IMG/VR virus record: IMGVR_UViG_3300027917_000018 | Location: 64,001 to 128,000 of that record | Source of the DNA: a virus | Lineage: Duplodnaviria > Caudoviricetes | Direction: 5' to 3' (one strand) | Length of the DNA: 64,000 nt | Shown here: in pieces, positions 9,977-18,515 of the stretch | How the letters are laid out: each line of letters begins with the position of its first letter | How positions within the stretch are numbered: the first letter of the stretch is position 1 | Notes under the pieces: generated by a model | What the model saw: only the letters and a program-made list of their open reading frames with translations | Told to the model about the DNA's origin: nothing | Databases searched by the model: none | Translations under genes and position numbers: made by a program

Positions 9977-10500
9977 TATTCCTCCACCGTGACGTACGCC
10001 TCGGCGCTGGTAACCGAGCCGTACTGGTTGGTGATCACGCAGTAATAGGTTGCCTGGTCAGCTTTGACGACGCCCGTGTTCAAATAGAAGTTCGCGGTTG
10101 CCCCGCTGACGGCCTCATCGTCCTTGTACCACTGGTAGGTCATCGGAACCTCGCTGATCGCCACCGTGATGAGCGTCAGCTGATCGCCAACGCCGACCGT
10201 AATGTCAGTAGGCTGAACAACGATCTGTGGCGCGCTGCCAGGTGTAAACGCGGCTCCGTAGGCGATAATGGGCGTGATCACGGCCCGGTCGCCCGAAGTG
10301 TCGGTCAACAGCATGCGCAAGCTGTAGACAGCGCAGGTATGCCCGGCATCGTCCGCGAACTCTTGGTTGTAAACGCGAACGGCATTATGCCGACCCCAGT
10401 CACCGCCGGTATGCGCGGCTACACCGTTGCCAAAGCTGGCCAAAACCAGCTCCGCTGCCGCCTGGGCGGCCTGGGTAACCAGTGCGGTGTTGTCACTCAT
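9976..10500 (-). CDS. Immunoglobulin (I-set-like) domain virion protein
   Basis: PQIVVQP...TYQWYKD...DQATYYCVITNQYGSVTS canonical Ig pattern. Confidence 0.85.
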   Translation of the reverse strand: MSDNTALVTQAAQAAAELVLASFGNGVAAHTGGDWGRHNAVRVYNQEFADDAGHTCAVYSLRMLLTDTSGDRAVITPIIAYGAAFTPGSAPQIVVQPTDITVGVGDQLTLITVAISEVPMTYQWYKDDEAVSGATANFYLNTGVVKADQATYYCVITNQYGSVTSAEAYVTVEE

Positions 10501-10514
10501 TCCTTAGAAGAACG

Positions 10515-10946
10515 CTATTCGGCTGGCGGGGCAGGAAGCCCCTCCGGGCCACCGCGCAGAAGTTCACGCGGCGAGGGCACTTCCTCGGGGCCAATACCAC
10601 CGCCTGGGCCTTCCTCGGGGCCTTCTTCCGGCGGCGCTCCGGGGCCTACCGGCTCCTCGCCGGGCTTGGGAAGCAGGTCATCGGCACTGGGCTTGACGGG
10701 CCGTCCCTCCCCGGCTTCCTTGTCCGCCATGCCGCTTTCCTCGGCATCCTCGGCGGCTTTGATGTCCTCCTCGCTCTCGCCAGGGCCGGGAATGTTGTCC
10801 AAGTACCAGGTAAGCTCGGCGTACAGCTCATCGGCCAACGGATCGGCGTGATCAGCGGCCAGGGCGTTGCGCATGGCTTCGAGCTGCCCGAAGGACATCT
10901 CGACCTGGTAGTCGTTGTAGGTGCCTTTGATCTTCTTAATTTTCAC
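10515..10946 (-). CDS. Acidic protein with Pro/Glu-rich tail (possible scaffold/core)
   Basis: GTG start; low-complexity P/E/G C-terminus containing SPRELL. Confidence 0.6.
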   Translation of the reverse strand: MKIKKIKGTYNDYQVEMSFGQLEAMRNALAADHADPLADELYAELTWYLDNIPGPGESEEDIKAAEDAEESGMADKEAGEGRPVKPSADDLLPKPGEEPVGPGAPPEEGPEEGPGGGIGPEEVPSPRELLRGGPEGLPAPPAE

Positions 10947-10990
10947 AATGACCTCGTAAAAGCTTTCCCTAAATACTGTTCTTCCAAGGC

Positions 10991-12247
10991 ATGAACATCG
11001 TCACGTTCGCAGAACCTGTCACCGTTGCCTTCAAAAAGTCCGCTGGCGGGTCCACGGCGGTTTTTGAGCCCATGCGCCCGTACATCATCACCGGAGCGCA
11101 GCTAGACCGCATTACCCAGGACGAAAACGTCAGGAACCGGCTTTACAAGTGCTCCCGGCTGGAGCCCCGCCTCGGGCCGTTTCACCCCGGCATGCGCAAT
11201 CCCAATGGCTCCAACCGGCTGCTTTTCTACAACGGCAGCGGCGGCTACGGGGATGCCATGATGAGCTGGCCGCTAACCAAGTGGCTGGCCGAGCAGGGCT
11301 TTGAGGTCCACGTCCTCAGCGATCCGGGCAATCAGGTTTGCTGGTACGGCTTTCCCTGGATCAAAACCATCCAGATGACGCCCATCGCCTACGACGCCTG
11401 GAGGCTGTTTGACTTTCACTTCGTCATGGAGCACGTGAGCAACCTGGACGAGCACCAGGACCAGCTCCATCCGGTCGACGCGATGTTCACGAAGATGGGC
11501 GTTGACCACCGTTCAATCGACGCCAGTCATAAGGTCGTCCACCCAATTTTCACCTGGGCCGAGCAGCAGGGAGCCAGCCAGGACATGCCGAATCGGACCA
11601 AGCTGGGGTTCTACCAGCTATCAAGCGCCAATCCAGTCCGGGCCAGCCTGCCCAACGATTCAGCCTTTCTGTTGTCCCGGATCGCGGAAGCTTTCCCGGA
11701 CATCCACTGGCTGGCTCTTCACGATGAATTCGTGCCCAAGACTTACGTGGAGGCGCTCAAGTGCCGTACCTGCGGCGGTACTGGCACCCTGGGCGTGCCG
11801 GAGCAGGGCACCGTGGCCACGGAAGGCACGGCTGCTCCAGTGGTCCCCGCGCAGCCGTGCCCGGACTGCAAGGGCTGGAAATGGCTGGCCCCTAACGTCG
11901 AACCCTACGTTTCCGGCAGCCTGCGGGCGCTGTGGGCACTGATCTGGCGGCGGGCGACGGTCTGTGTCGGCCCGGACAGCATGATCGTCCACGTGGCCGG
12001 TTCTATGGGCATTCCGTGCGTTGGGTTGTGGGGACCTGTCGCGCCGCCCAACCGGGTTGGCTACTACAAAAATCACATGCCGGTTTGGCACCGAGAAGCC
12101 TGCCCGCACACGCCCTGCTACGCTTATCTGGCCAATTTCCCCAAATACTGCCCGCCTCGGGGCGCGGGAGCACGCACCGTCTGCGAGGTCATGGCCGCCG
12201 TAACCCCGGCAGAAGTCATTGACGCTATCGCCAAGATCAAGCGATAA
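10991..12247 (+). CDS. GT9-family (heptosyltransferase-like) glycosyltransferase with Zn-finger insertion
   Basis: GGYGDAMM N-lobe motif; VGPDSMIVHVAGSMGIPCVGLWGP C-lobe motif; CRTCGGTG...CPDCKG insert. Confidence 0.8.
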   Translation: MNIVTFAEPVTVAFKKSAGGSTAVFEPMRPYIITGAQLDRITQDENVRNRLYKCSRLEPRLGPFHPGMRNPNGSNRLLFYNGSGGYGDAMMSWPLTKWLAEQGFEVHVLSDPGNQVCWYGFPWIKTIQMTPIAYDAWRLFDFHFVMEHVSNLDEHQDQLHPVDAMFTKMGVDHRSIDASHKVVHPIFTWAEQQGASQDMPNRTKLGFYQLSSANPVRASLPNDSAFLLSRIAEAFPDIHWLALHDEFVPKTYVEALKCRTCGGTGTLGVPEQGTVATEGTAAPVVPAQPCPDCKGWKWLAPNVEPYVSGSLRALWALIWRRATVCVGPDSMIVHVAGSMGIPCVGLWGPVAPPNRVGYYKNHMPVWHREACPHTPCYAYLANFPKYCPPRGAGARTVCEVMAAVTPAEVIDAIAKIKR

Positions 12248-12264
12248 TTCGTTTACGAATTTGC

Positions 12265-14058
12265 ATGATCAAGCTGATTGAGCGCTCACGCTACATCCAT
12301 CTTGAAGGTGATCAGGAACAGCTGAAGTGGCTGCGTTCCAAGTTGCGCTATCGGCCCAAGAACTATTGGCGCAGTGATGCCTACCGGTGCTACCGGCAGA
12401 CCGACGGCAAGAAAGGCTGGGACGGGTACCGCTACCCATTGAGGTACTACGCCAACCAAGGCTGGGCTGTACTGCGGGGTCGGAAGGATGACATCCTGGA
12501 GCTGTGCGCCGAGGAAGGCATCCGCGTGGACCGCGACGGCCTATTCAAAAGCCCGTTTGCGGAATGGACCCTGGACGACATCCCGGATGACCTGATCCAG
12601 GCCGACTTCGCGCTGGACGACCACCAAAAGGAGGCGGTGCTTCAGTGGCTCCAGAACTGTTTCGGCATCGCCAATATGGCCGTAAACGCCGGGAAGACCG
12701 CGACATTCGCGGCGGCGGCTTCGCTGATCAAGCGCAACTACGGGAAGGCCAGGTTCCTTTACTTCACCTTCTCGGAGCGGCTCGTGCGCCAGGTCTACGC
12801 CGCCATGCGCGAGTTCCTGCCCGGCTGGGAGATTACCCAGTACGGCGGCGGCAAGAAGGACAAGACCGGCCAGGACATGGTGGTGGCGACCCAGGCCATG
12901 CTTAACAAGCACTTCCCGGAGCTTCAGCAGGAAGGCTGGTTTGATTCGTTTACGGGGCTTCTCCTGGACGAAAGCCACCACACCCAGTCGGAGACCGCGC
13001 AGAAGATCATTTTGGCCTCCAAGGCTCTGTTTAGGCTCGGGGCGTCCGACTCCACCAAGGAGGCCGACCCGGACAAATGGAACGCCATACGCGGGCTTTG
13101 CGGCCCGGTAAGGTGCGGTGTGAGCAGCTCCTGGCTGATCGACGAAGGCCGGAGCGCGGCCCCGGTCGTCTACATCGTCGACGTGCCGGAATGGAACAAC
13201 CTGTACGAGGGCGCACCCCATACGGCGGAGCCCAATAGCCCGGCCCGCTGGTTCCGGCATGGCCAGTGGGTGGACGGCGTTTATCGTGGTCCGGTCCTGA
13301 AGCGAGACGACGAAGGCAAGACGGTTTGGCGTAAGCGCCGGATTTGGGACGACGAAGAGGAAACCTGGAAGACGGAAACGGTGGCTGAAACCGAGCCCAG
13401 CCTTCACCGGGTTGAATTCGACGGCAGGATTTGGAGGGCGGACGCCCGCTACGTTCTGCTGGATCGTCGCTACGACGAGGCCATCATCCGCTTCGACCGG
13501 AGGAATCAGATGATCGCGGACTGGGTCCGCTTTTACAGCGGCAAGGGCTGGCCGACCCTGGTGGTCGCCACGCGCACCCCGCACGTTCTGCTGCTGGAGG
13601 AGATGCTCAGGGAGGTTGTGGGCAGCAAGGTGACACTGCTCTTCGGGGAGGACACGAGCGCTCACCGGGACAAGGTCTTCGACTGGTTCAAGCGGACGCC
13701 CGGATCAGTCCTGGTGACGCCGCTGGTCAAGGAGGGCGTGTCGATCAACGAAATCAAAGCCGGGGTCATCGCCGATCCGATCGCGGACATCGAGGTAGCC
13801 CGGCAGATCATCGGGCGATTCATGCGGCGCAAAAAGGACGAAAACGTCTGCCACATCACCTGGTTCCTGGATCGGCAGCACCCGAGGTTTCGGCGCAACG
13901 CCACCGAGATTATCGGGTCCCTGGAAAAACTGAAGGGGTTTACCTTCTACTACCCTTGCGCTGGCCCCGAGACGATCGGCCAGGCTTTGATCCATCGAGG
14001 CGGTTCCCCAGGCCAAAGTGCCACGCCTGGTCGGACGCGAATTCTAAAGCGTTCGTAA
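12265..14058 (+). CDS. Superfamily 2 helicase (UvsW-like)
   Basis: AVNAGKT Walker A, DESHH, GASDST, KEGVSI, QIIGRFMR motifs. Confidence 0.88.
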   Translation: MIKLIERSRYIHLEGDQEQLKWLRSKLRYRPKNYWRSDAYRCYRQTDGKKGWDGYRYPLRYYANQGWAVLRGRKDDILELCAEEGIRVDRDGLFKSPFAEWTLDDIPDDLIQADFALDDHQKEAVLQWLQNCFGIANMAVNAGKTATFAAAASLIKRNYGKARFLYFTFSERLVRQVYAAMREFLPGWEITQYGGGKKDKTGQDMVVATQAMLNKHFPELQQEGWFDSFTGLLLDESHHTQSETAQKIILASKALFRLGASDSTKEADPDKWNAIRGLCGPVRCGVSSSWLIDEGRSAAPVVYIVDVPEWNNLYEGAPHTAEPNSPARWFRHGQWVDGVYRGPVLKRDDEGKTVWRKRRIWDDEEETWKTETVAETEPSLHRVEFDGRIWRADARYVLLDRRYDEAIIRFDRRNQMIADWVRFYSGKGWPTLVVATRTPHVLLLEEMLREVVGSKVTLLFGEDTSAHRDKVFDWFKRTPGSVLVTPLVKEGVSINEIKAGVIADPIADIEVARQIIGRFMRRKKDENVCHITWFLDRQHPRFRRNATEIIGSLEKLKGFTFYYPCAGPETIGQALIHRGGSPGQSATPGRTRILKRS

Positions 14059-14356
14059 GCTTGGCGACGCGTTCGCCGCGCTCGCGGGTGGCGGGCTTCT
14101 TCATTTCCGCGTCCAGCGCCTTGATGACGGTGCGGCTCATTCCCACCAGATGCTTGAGCCAGCGCCGGACATTTTGGGCGTCCGAGCTGAGGGGCCGCAG
14201 CAGTGCGTAATGGTGCGTGACGCCTGGGAAGCTGTAGATGTCGCCCTGGTCCTGGTTTAGCCGCCACTCAAGCGCTTTGGCCAGCTCGCGATACCGGGCC
14301 TTGGTAACCGGGCCTTCAACAACCAGCCGAATGTGAAACTCGTGCTCCTCTTTCAT
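13940..14356 (-). CDS. Hypothetical protein
   Basis: 138-aa ORF, ATGA-coupled to upstream minus gene; 3' end overlaps helicase 3' end by 119 nt. Confidence 0.55.
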   Translation of the reverse strand: MKEEHEFHIRLVVEGPVTKARYRELAKALEWRLNQDQGDIYSFPGVTHHYALLRPLSSDAQNVRRWLKHLVGMSRTVIKALDAEMKKPATRERGERVAKLTNALEFASDQAWHFGLGNRLDGSKPGRSSRGQRKGSRR

Positions 14357-14667
14357 CGGTCGAAAAAGTGGGTGGGGTCGCTGTCCTCGTAGAAGGGTTT
14401 GGGCGGCAGCTTGGGTTTCGGCCTGGGTTCCTCTGGCCCTAAAACCTCCACATCAACAGGCGTGTCTTCCAGAAAGTCGGTTACAGGCGTCTCCTTGGGC
14501 GCGAACGTAAGCGGCATTTGGTTGTTGAGCATGAGCGGCTGGTTTAGAGCCGGGCACATTGCCCAAAAGACCCAGTGGCTCTCCGGGTCGTGATTGGTCA
14601 GCGGCGCAAACTCAAGGTCCTCGTGCGTGCCGCCGCACCGCTCGCACTGTATCACGGTCACTTTCAT
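14353..14667 (-). CDS. Hypothetical Zn-binding protein
   Basis: CERCGGxH ... CP; ATGA coupling. Confidence 0.6.
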   Translation of the reverse strand: MKVTVIQCERCGGTHEDLEFAPLTNHDPESHWVFWAMCPALNQPLMLNNQMPLTFAPKETPVTDFLEDTPVDVEVLGPEEPRPKPKLPPKPFYEDSDPTHFFDR

Positions 14668-14996
14668 TCCAGAATGCAGTCAAAATCGATCGGCTTTTCT
14701 TTCGGATCACTCTCGGCGCTGATGATTGCGTGGCAGGACCAGCCGTCGCACATGTCGACGCGGCACATCAGCCGAATCTTCAGCTCCCGGAACCGATGCA
14801 GCCGCCACGTCAGCTCGCGGGGCACGAAGCCAATATGGTGCCTGCCCTTGTAAACGGCGATGGCCCACGGGTCGTGGCCATTCTCCAAATCCCACTGCAA
14901 CGCCAGCAAGTCGCCCGGCTGCAAGTGGGCTGCATCGTAGGTTTTCTGGCGGTACTTGATGCCCGCCACGGCAAAGGAGGTAACGGGTCTGCTCAT
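14664..14996 (-). CDS. HIRAN domain protein
   Basis: VAGIKYR...LQWDLENGHDPWAIAV...HIGFVPRE is the HIRAN consensus. Confidence 0.88.
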   Translation of the reverse strand: MSRPVTSFAVAGIKYRQKTYDAAHLQPGDLLALQWDLENGHDPWAIAVYKGRHHIGFVPRELTWRLHRFRELKIRLMCRVDMCDGWSCHAIISAESDPKEKPIDFDCILE

Positions 14997-14998
14997 GA

Positions 14999-15685
14999 TT
15001 ATTCGATCATTTTGGTGGCTCTTTCTTCAAGCTGCTGGGCTACTGCGGCAGCTCCAGCGCTTTGCAAAAGCTGCTTGGTGTACGAAGACAAGTCTGACTT
15101 GGCCTCGTTGAGCATGTCGTCCAGAGCTTCGTTCCATTGGGACGCCATGAAGGGCAGATTCTGGCCGATTTGGCACTTGAGCATCTGGAGCGCCTTGACG
15201 AACTCCACGCGTTCCTTCTTGGGCACTCGGTCGGCCTGGGCCATCGTTTCGGCGGTGGTGATCACTGCGTCGCAAATCTGGTCCAGCTCCTGCATCTTCC
15301 GCCGAAATTCGGCCTCCAGCTCCTGGCGCTCGTTCTTCTCGGGGCAATCGGGCTGTTTCTCAAAGTTGATGGCCTCGATCGTGCAGGGAACGCCGTCCCC
15401 GACGTTCATGTGGCTCAAGAGCTGGCCAAATTGGGCCTCGGTTAAGCTGATTTCGATGATCGGCTTGGACATCATGTACCGATCGGCGTAAAGCTGCCGG
15501 TGCTTCTCGGCGTGCCCAATGCGGATGGTCACGCCCGCATGGTGCCGGATGGACGATCCGAAAAAGTTCTGAGGCGGCGTGCAAGTGTACCGGCTGACGC
15601 CGATCATGCCGTAGCTGGGGTGCTCCTCGATCGTGCTGTCGTGATCGCCTTTACGGATCGTCGGAGGGACTGTGGTTGTTTTCAT
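14999..15685 (-). CDS. Hypothetical protein with coiled-coil C-terminus
   Basis: Start re-chosen at ATG 15685 (MKTTT...); HPSYGMIGVSR N-terminal block. Confidence 0.65.
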   Translation of the reverse strand: MKTTTVPPTIRKGDHDSTIEEHPSYGMIGVSRYTCTPPQNFFGSSIRHHAGVTIRIGHAEKHRQLYADRYMMSKPIIEISLTEAQFGQLLSHMNVGDGVPCTIEAINFEKQPDCPEKNERQELEAEFRRKMQELDQICDAVITTAETMAQADRVPKKERVEFVKALQMLKCQIGQNLPFMASQWNEALDDMLNEAKSDLSSYTKQLLQSAGAAAVAQQLEERATKMIE

Positions 15686-15686
15686 A

Positions 15687-16052
15687 TCAGTTGCTGGCCG
15701 AAGCATCGGCCAAATCGAGCCTGGCAATTGAGCTTCGGCATTCGGCGCAGAAAACCTCAACAAAACCAGCGTTCCATTGGTAGGAAGCCCATACACCCGC
15801 TTTAGAATGGCAGACCGCCTTGATCTGCGTGGCTTGAAGCGGTTCACGCAGTTTAAGAACGACAATCGTTCGGTAGCACTCGCGGCACGAGATGGTCGCG
15901 ACCTGGCCCTTGATGTCGATTTGGGTCGGTTCATCCAGGTGGCACTTGCCGTGAAGAAAGACCTCCTTGGTATGGTTCTGGTGGTCACAGCCTGGCATCG
16001 TGCAGCCCCTGACCGCGATATTGTCCATTTGCTCTTTGCCTAGAGGGTTCAT
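15687..16052 (-). CDS. Hypothetical protein with two CH...CxxC repeats
   Basis: ATG 16052 overlaps upstream stop (ATGA); GKCH...CREC and AVCH...CAEC internal repeat. Confidence 0.6.
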   Translation of the reverse strand: MNPLGKEQMDNIAVRGCTMPGCDHQNHTKEVFLHGKCHLDEPTQIDIKGQVATISCRECYRTIVVLKLREPLQATQIKAVCHSKAGVWASYQWNAGFVEVFCAECRSSIARLDLADASASN

Positions 16053-16453
16053 GCCTTGAGTTTCTGAAAAGCTTCGCGCCATTTGGGGTCCACCCGGATG
16101 GCCGTCAGCATCTGGTAGATGACGCCGGGGCTGAAGAGCGCCTTGGCCATCTTGTCGGCGGGGCACAGGTTGGTGTCCACGATGAAGCGCGGCAGCGTGT
16201 CCCCGAGGTCGGTGATGAGCGGGTAAAGCTGGCATTCCAGCGGTTTGCGTTCCTGGACTTTGCACATGCCGCCCTCGTAGTAGACGCACTGGCCGTCCGG
16301 CTTCTTGGCGACGGTCTGAAATTCGACTCCCTCGAACGAGCGGGACTCGGTCTGGTAGCCCTTGTTCAGCTCGTGCGGAAACAGCACTGGGATCAGGTTT
16401 GGGTTGACGCAGCACTTGCCGCAGTCCATGCAGTTGATGATGACAGGAGTCAT
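16049..16453 (-). CDS. YkgJ-family (CxxCxxCC) Fe-S/Zn cluster protein
   Basis: CMDCGKCC, C-x6-C-x4-RKPLECQLYP. Confidence 0.85.
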   Translation of the reverse strand: MTPVIINCMDCGKCCVNPNLIPVLFPHELNKGYQTESRSFEGVEFQTVAKKPDGQCVYYEGGMCKVQERKPLECQLYPLITDLGDTLPRFIVDTNLCPADKMAKALFSPGVIYQMLTAIRVDPKWREAFQKLKA

Positions 16454-16656
16454 TGTCGGTAGAGCAAGTGGCGGATGATTTTTCCTTCGTGGTCGATGAA
16501 GCAGACGTGGCCTTCGCGCCCGCAAATGCAGCGGATGTCCCACTGTAACGGATCGCTGTAACGGCAGGAGCCGGGCACTTCCCAGGCGCGCCCACAGGGA
16601 CATGGGTGTTGGGCCATGTAATCTCGCATGCGTTGCAGCTCTTCTTCCTGGGTCAT
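16450..16656 (-). CDS. Small Cys-rich hypothetical protein
   Basis: CPC...CIC; coupled ORF. Confidence 0.55.
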   Translation of the reverse strand: MTQEEELQRMRDYMAQHPCPCGRAWEVPGSCRYSDPLQWDIRCICGREGHVCFIDHEGKIIRHLLYRQ

Positions 16657-17177
16657 AAATCCATGCGCCCTTTTCCAATGAAGTGGTCGAAAATTTCCGT
16701 GGTGAGGTAGATGCGCCTAACGAACAAGGGCAAAGGCTGCCTGGCTTGCCTCGCTTGCCTCATTTCGGCGTCGGTGGGCCGCCGAACAAGCCATCCGGTA
16801 AGCTCGCCAGGTTTTGGCGGCATGTCCCGAGGGTCAATCGGAGGAGACTGTAACGGAAAAGCGGTATTCACGGGCGACTGGCTGTAAGCCGCGAGCAGGT
16901 CTGTGAAACCGGCGTCCGTAACCGCCCAGGTTTCGTCGTGCATCAGCAAACTCAAAAAGTCATGCAACGACACGGTGGTCCAGGAATTCGGACTGACGTT
17001 CCGAAGGCTTTCCAGCTCAGTGCTGTTGACGAGAAGTGTCGCCCCGTTCCCGTCAGGGATGTTGACAGTGCGCAGCACGGTGTCTCCTTCGGCAGGAGCA
17101 CAACCGACTGTCAGCCCTTTGGCCTTTAGCACTTCAGCATCGATCATTTCATTGATATTGGCTTGTTCCGGGCTCAT
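16653..17177 (-). CDS. Hypothetical protein
   Basis: 174-aa coupled ORF. Confidence 0.6.
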   Translation of the reverse strand: MSPEQANINEMIDAEVLKAKGLTVGCAPAEGDTVLRTVNIPDGNGATLLVNSTELESLRNVSPNSWTTVSLHDFLSLLMHDETWAVTDAGFTDLLAAYSQSPVNTAFPLQSPPIDPRDMPPKPGELTGWLVRRPTDAEMRQARQARQPLPLFVRRIYLTTEIFDHFIGKGRMDL

Positions 17178-18070
17178 AGGTCTTCGCTCAGTTCATTCCA
17201 TTGTTCGGACACCGCCTGGAGCTTTTTACGGGCCGCCTCTTCGGCCTCGTCGCGCTCCGCCCAAAGGTCAGCGTCCCGTACAGAGAACACGGCGTCGCGG
17301 ATCAGGTCGGCAATAACTTGAGGTTCGAGTGCGTCCAGCTCCCAGCTGTCGTTGCCGAATTGGGCAATGTAGGCGGCGGCCCGTGAATCCGTGATCTTGG
17401 CCGGATTGGGCGGCGGCTGGAACTGGTCGATCTGGTCCATGTTGAGCGCCAGCCGCTTGATTTCGATGTCGCGGCCCGCAAACTCGGAGAGCCGGTCCAC
17501 GATGTCGCGGGTCATGTCCTTGCCGGAGGGGTCGTGGTCGCCCAAATGGAACACGAGCGGCGTCTGCCCCTGCCGGGCAAACTTGGCCAGGCGCTGCGCG
17601 GCGCTCCACATCTCCGATTGGCTGGTGTAGCCCCGGCAGGAGAAGTAGGGCACGTCGAGGTCGTTGCACACGCCCTCGATGACACCCACCAGCGCATCCT
17701 TCTCGATCCAGACCTCGACGTGGTAGGGCTGGTCATTCCATTTGTCGAAGCGGAACTGGTTCGCGCAGGCCCGAATGATGTCCGAGGGCGATTCCCAGTG
17801 GGCTAGGCTGCGCAAGTTCCGGGTCCGGTCGACGATGGCCTCCCAGTCAATCAGCCCCGCCAACCGGGCATCGCTGATGATGTCGCCGAGGTTCTTGTAG
17901 TCCTTCTGCGTATTGGGGATCAGGTCGCGGCTGACGAACTGGTAGTAGAGCTGGCGCAGTGTCAGGGTGAATCCCTGCTGCGCGTATTCCGCGATGATCT
18001 GGTTCGCGGTCTCGATCAGCGCCTGGCGGGCCGCGCTGAACCTCTTCTCTCGGTAGCAAATCTTTGGCAT
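17174..18070 (-). CDS. wHTH-Toprim protein (Topo VI-A/JetD-like fold)
   Basis: TLRQLYYQ wHTH; VWIEKDAL, SCRGYTS, HLGDHDPSG Toprim motifs. Confidence 0.8.
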   Translation of the reverse strand: MPKICYREKRFSAARQALIETANQIIAEYAQQGFTLTLRQLYYQFVSRDLIPNTQKDYKNLGDIISDARLAGLIDWEAIVDRTRNLRSLAHWESPSDIIRACANQFRFDKWNDQPYHVEVWIEKDALVGVIEGVCNDLDVPYFSCRGYTSQSEMWSAAQRLAKFARQGQTPLVFHLGDHDPSGKDMTRDIVDRLSEFAGRDIEIKRLALNMDQIDQFQPPPNPAKITDSRAAAYIAQFGNDSWELDALEPQVIADLIRDAVFSVRDADLWAERDEAEEAARKKLQAVSEQWNELSEDL

Positions 18071-18117
18071 GGTACTATCCTTATACCCAAATCTCGGCAG
18101 TTTTTAACCCTTGGCCC

Positions 18118-18426
18118 TTAAGGTTGAGGAAGATTGCCGCTTCCAACGGTGTCGTCCTGAATGGGCTTGTCCGACTCGTCGCGCACTGTCCAGCCCGCCA
18201 GGGGCAGGAGCGATTCGGTGGATTCGTCGCCGGGGCCGGTGCGCCAGAGGATACAATGCTTTTTGTCGACGCGGTAGATGGTCAGCGACCTGGGTATAGC
18301 CCAGGTTCCGCCGTCGTTTATGCGCCCCAGGTGCGCGAGAAGCCACGTCAGCGCCGGGGCAATGTCCTCCCGGCGGGCAAGACTCAGCTGGCCCTTACGA
18401 AGGCGCTCTAAAGCTTGCTTATTCAT
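18118..18426 (-). CDS. Hypothetical protein
   Basis: ATG 18426 (MNKQ...) ATGA-coupled to upstream micro-ORF. Confidence 0.55.
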   Translation of the reverse strand: MNKQALERLRKGQLSLARREDIAPALTWLLAHLGRINDGGTWAIPRSLTIYRVDKKHCILWRTGPGDESTESLLPLAGWTVRDESDKPIQDDTVGSGNLPQP

Positions 18427-18515
18427 AGTAGCGTGCTGGTGAAAGCCCAAACCAGAGCAACAAGCGCCGCCACGAGCAAAATAACGGCGGCGCAGCCAAG
18501 GTCTTCGCGGCTCAT
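18423..18515 (-). CDS. 30-aa single-pass membrane microprotein, not in ORF track
   Basis: MSREDLGCAAVILLVAALVALVWAFTSTLL; ATGA overlaps at both ends. Confidence 0.6.
   Translation of the reverse strand: MSREDLGCAAVILLVAALVALVWAFTSTLL

Noticed and set aside
13190-13480. Helicase insertion considered as an intein
   Set aside because: No N-terminal C/S block, no terminal HN, no LAGLIDADG motif.
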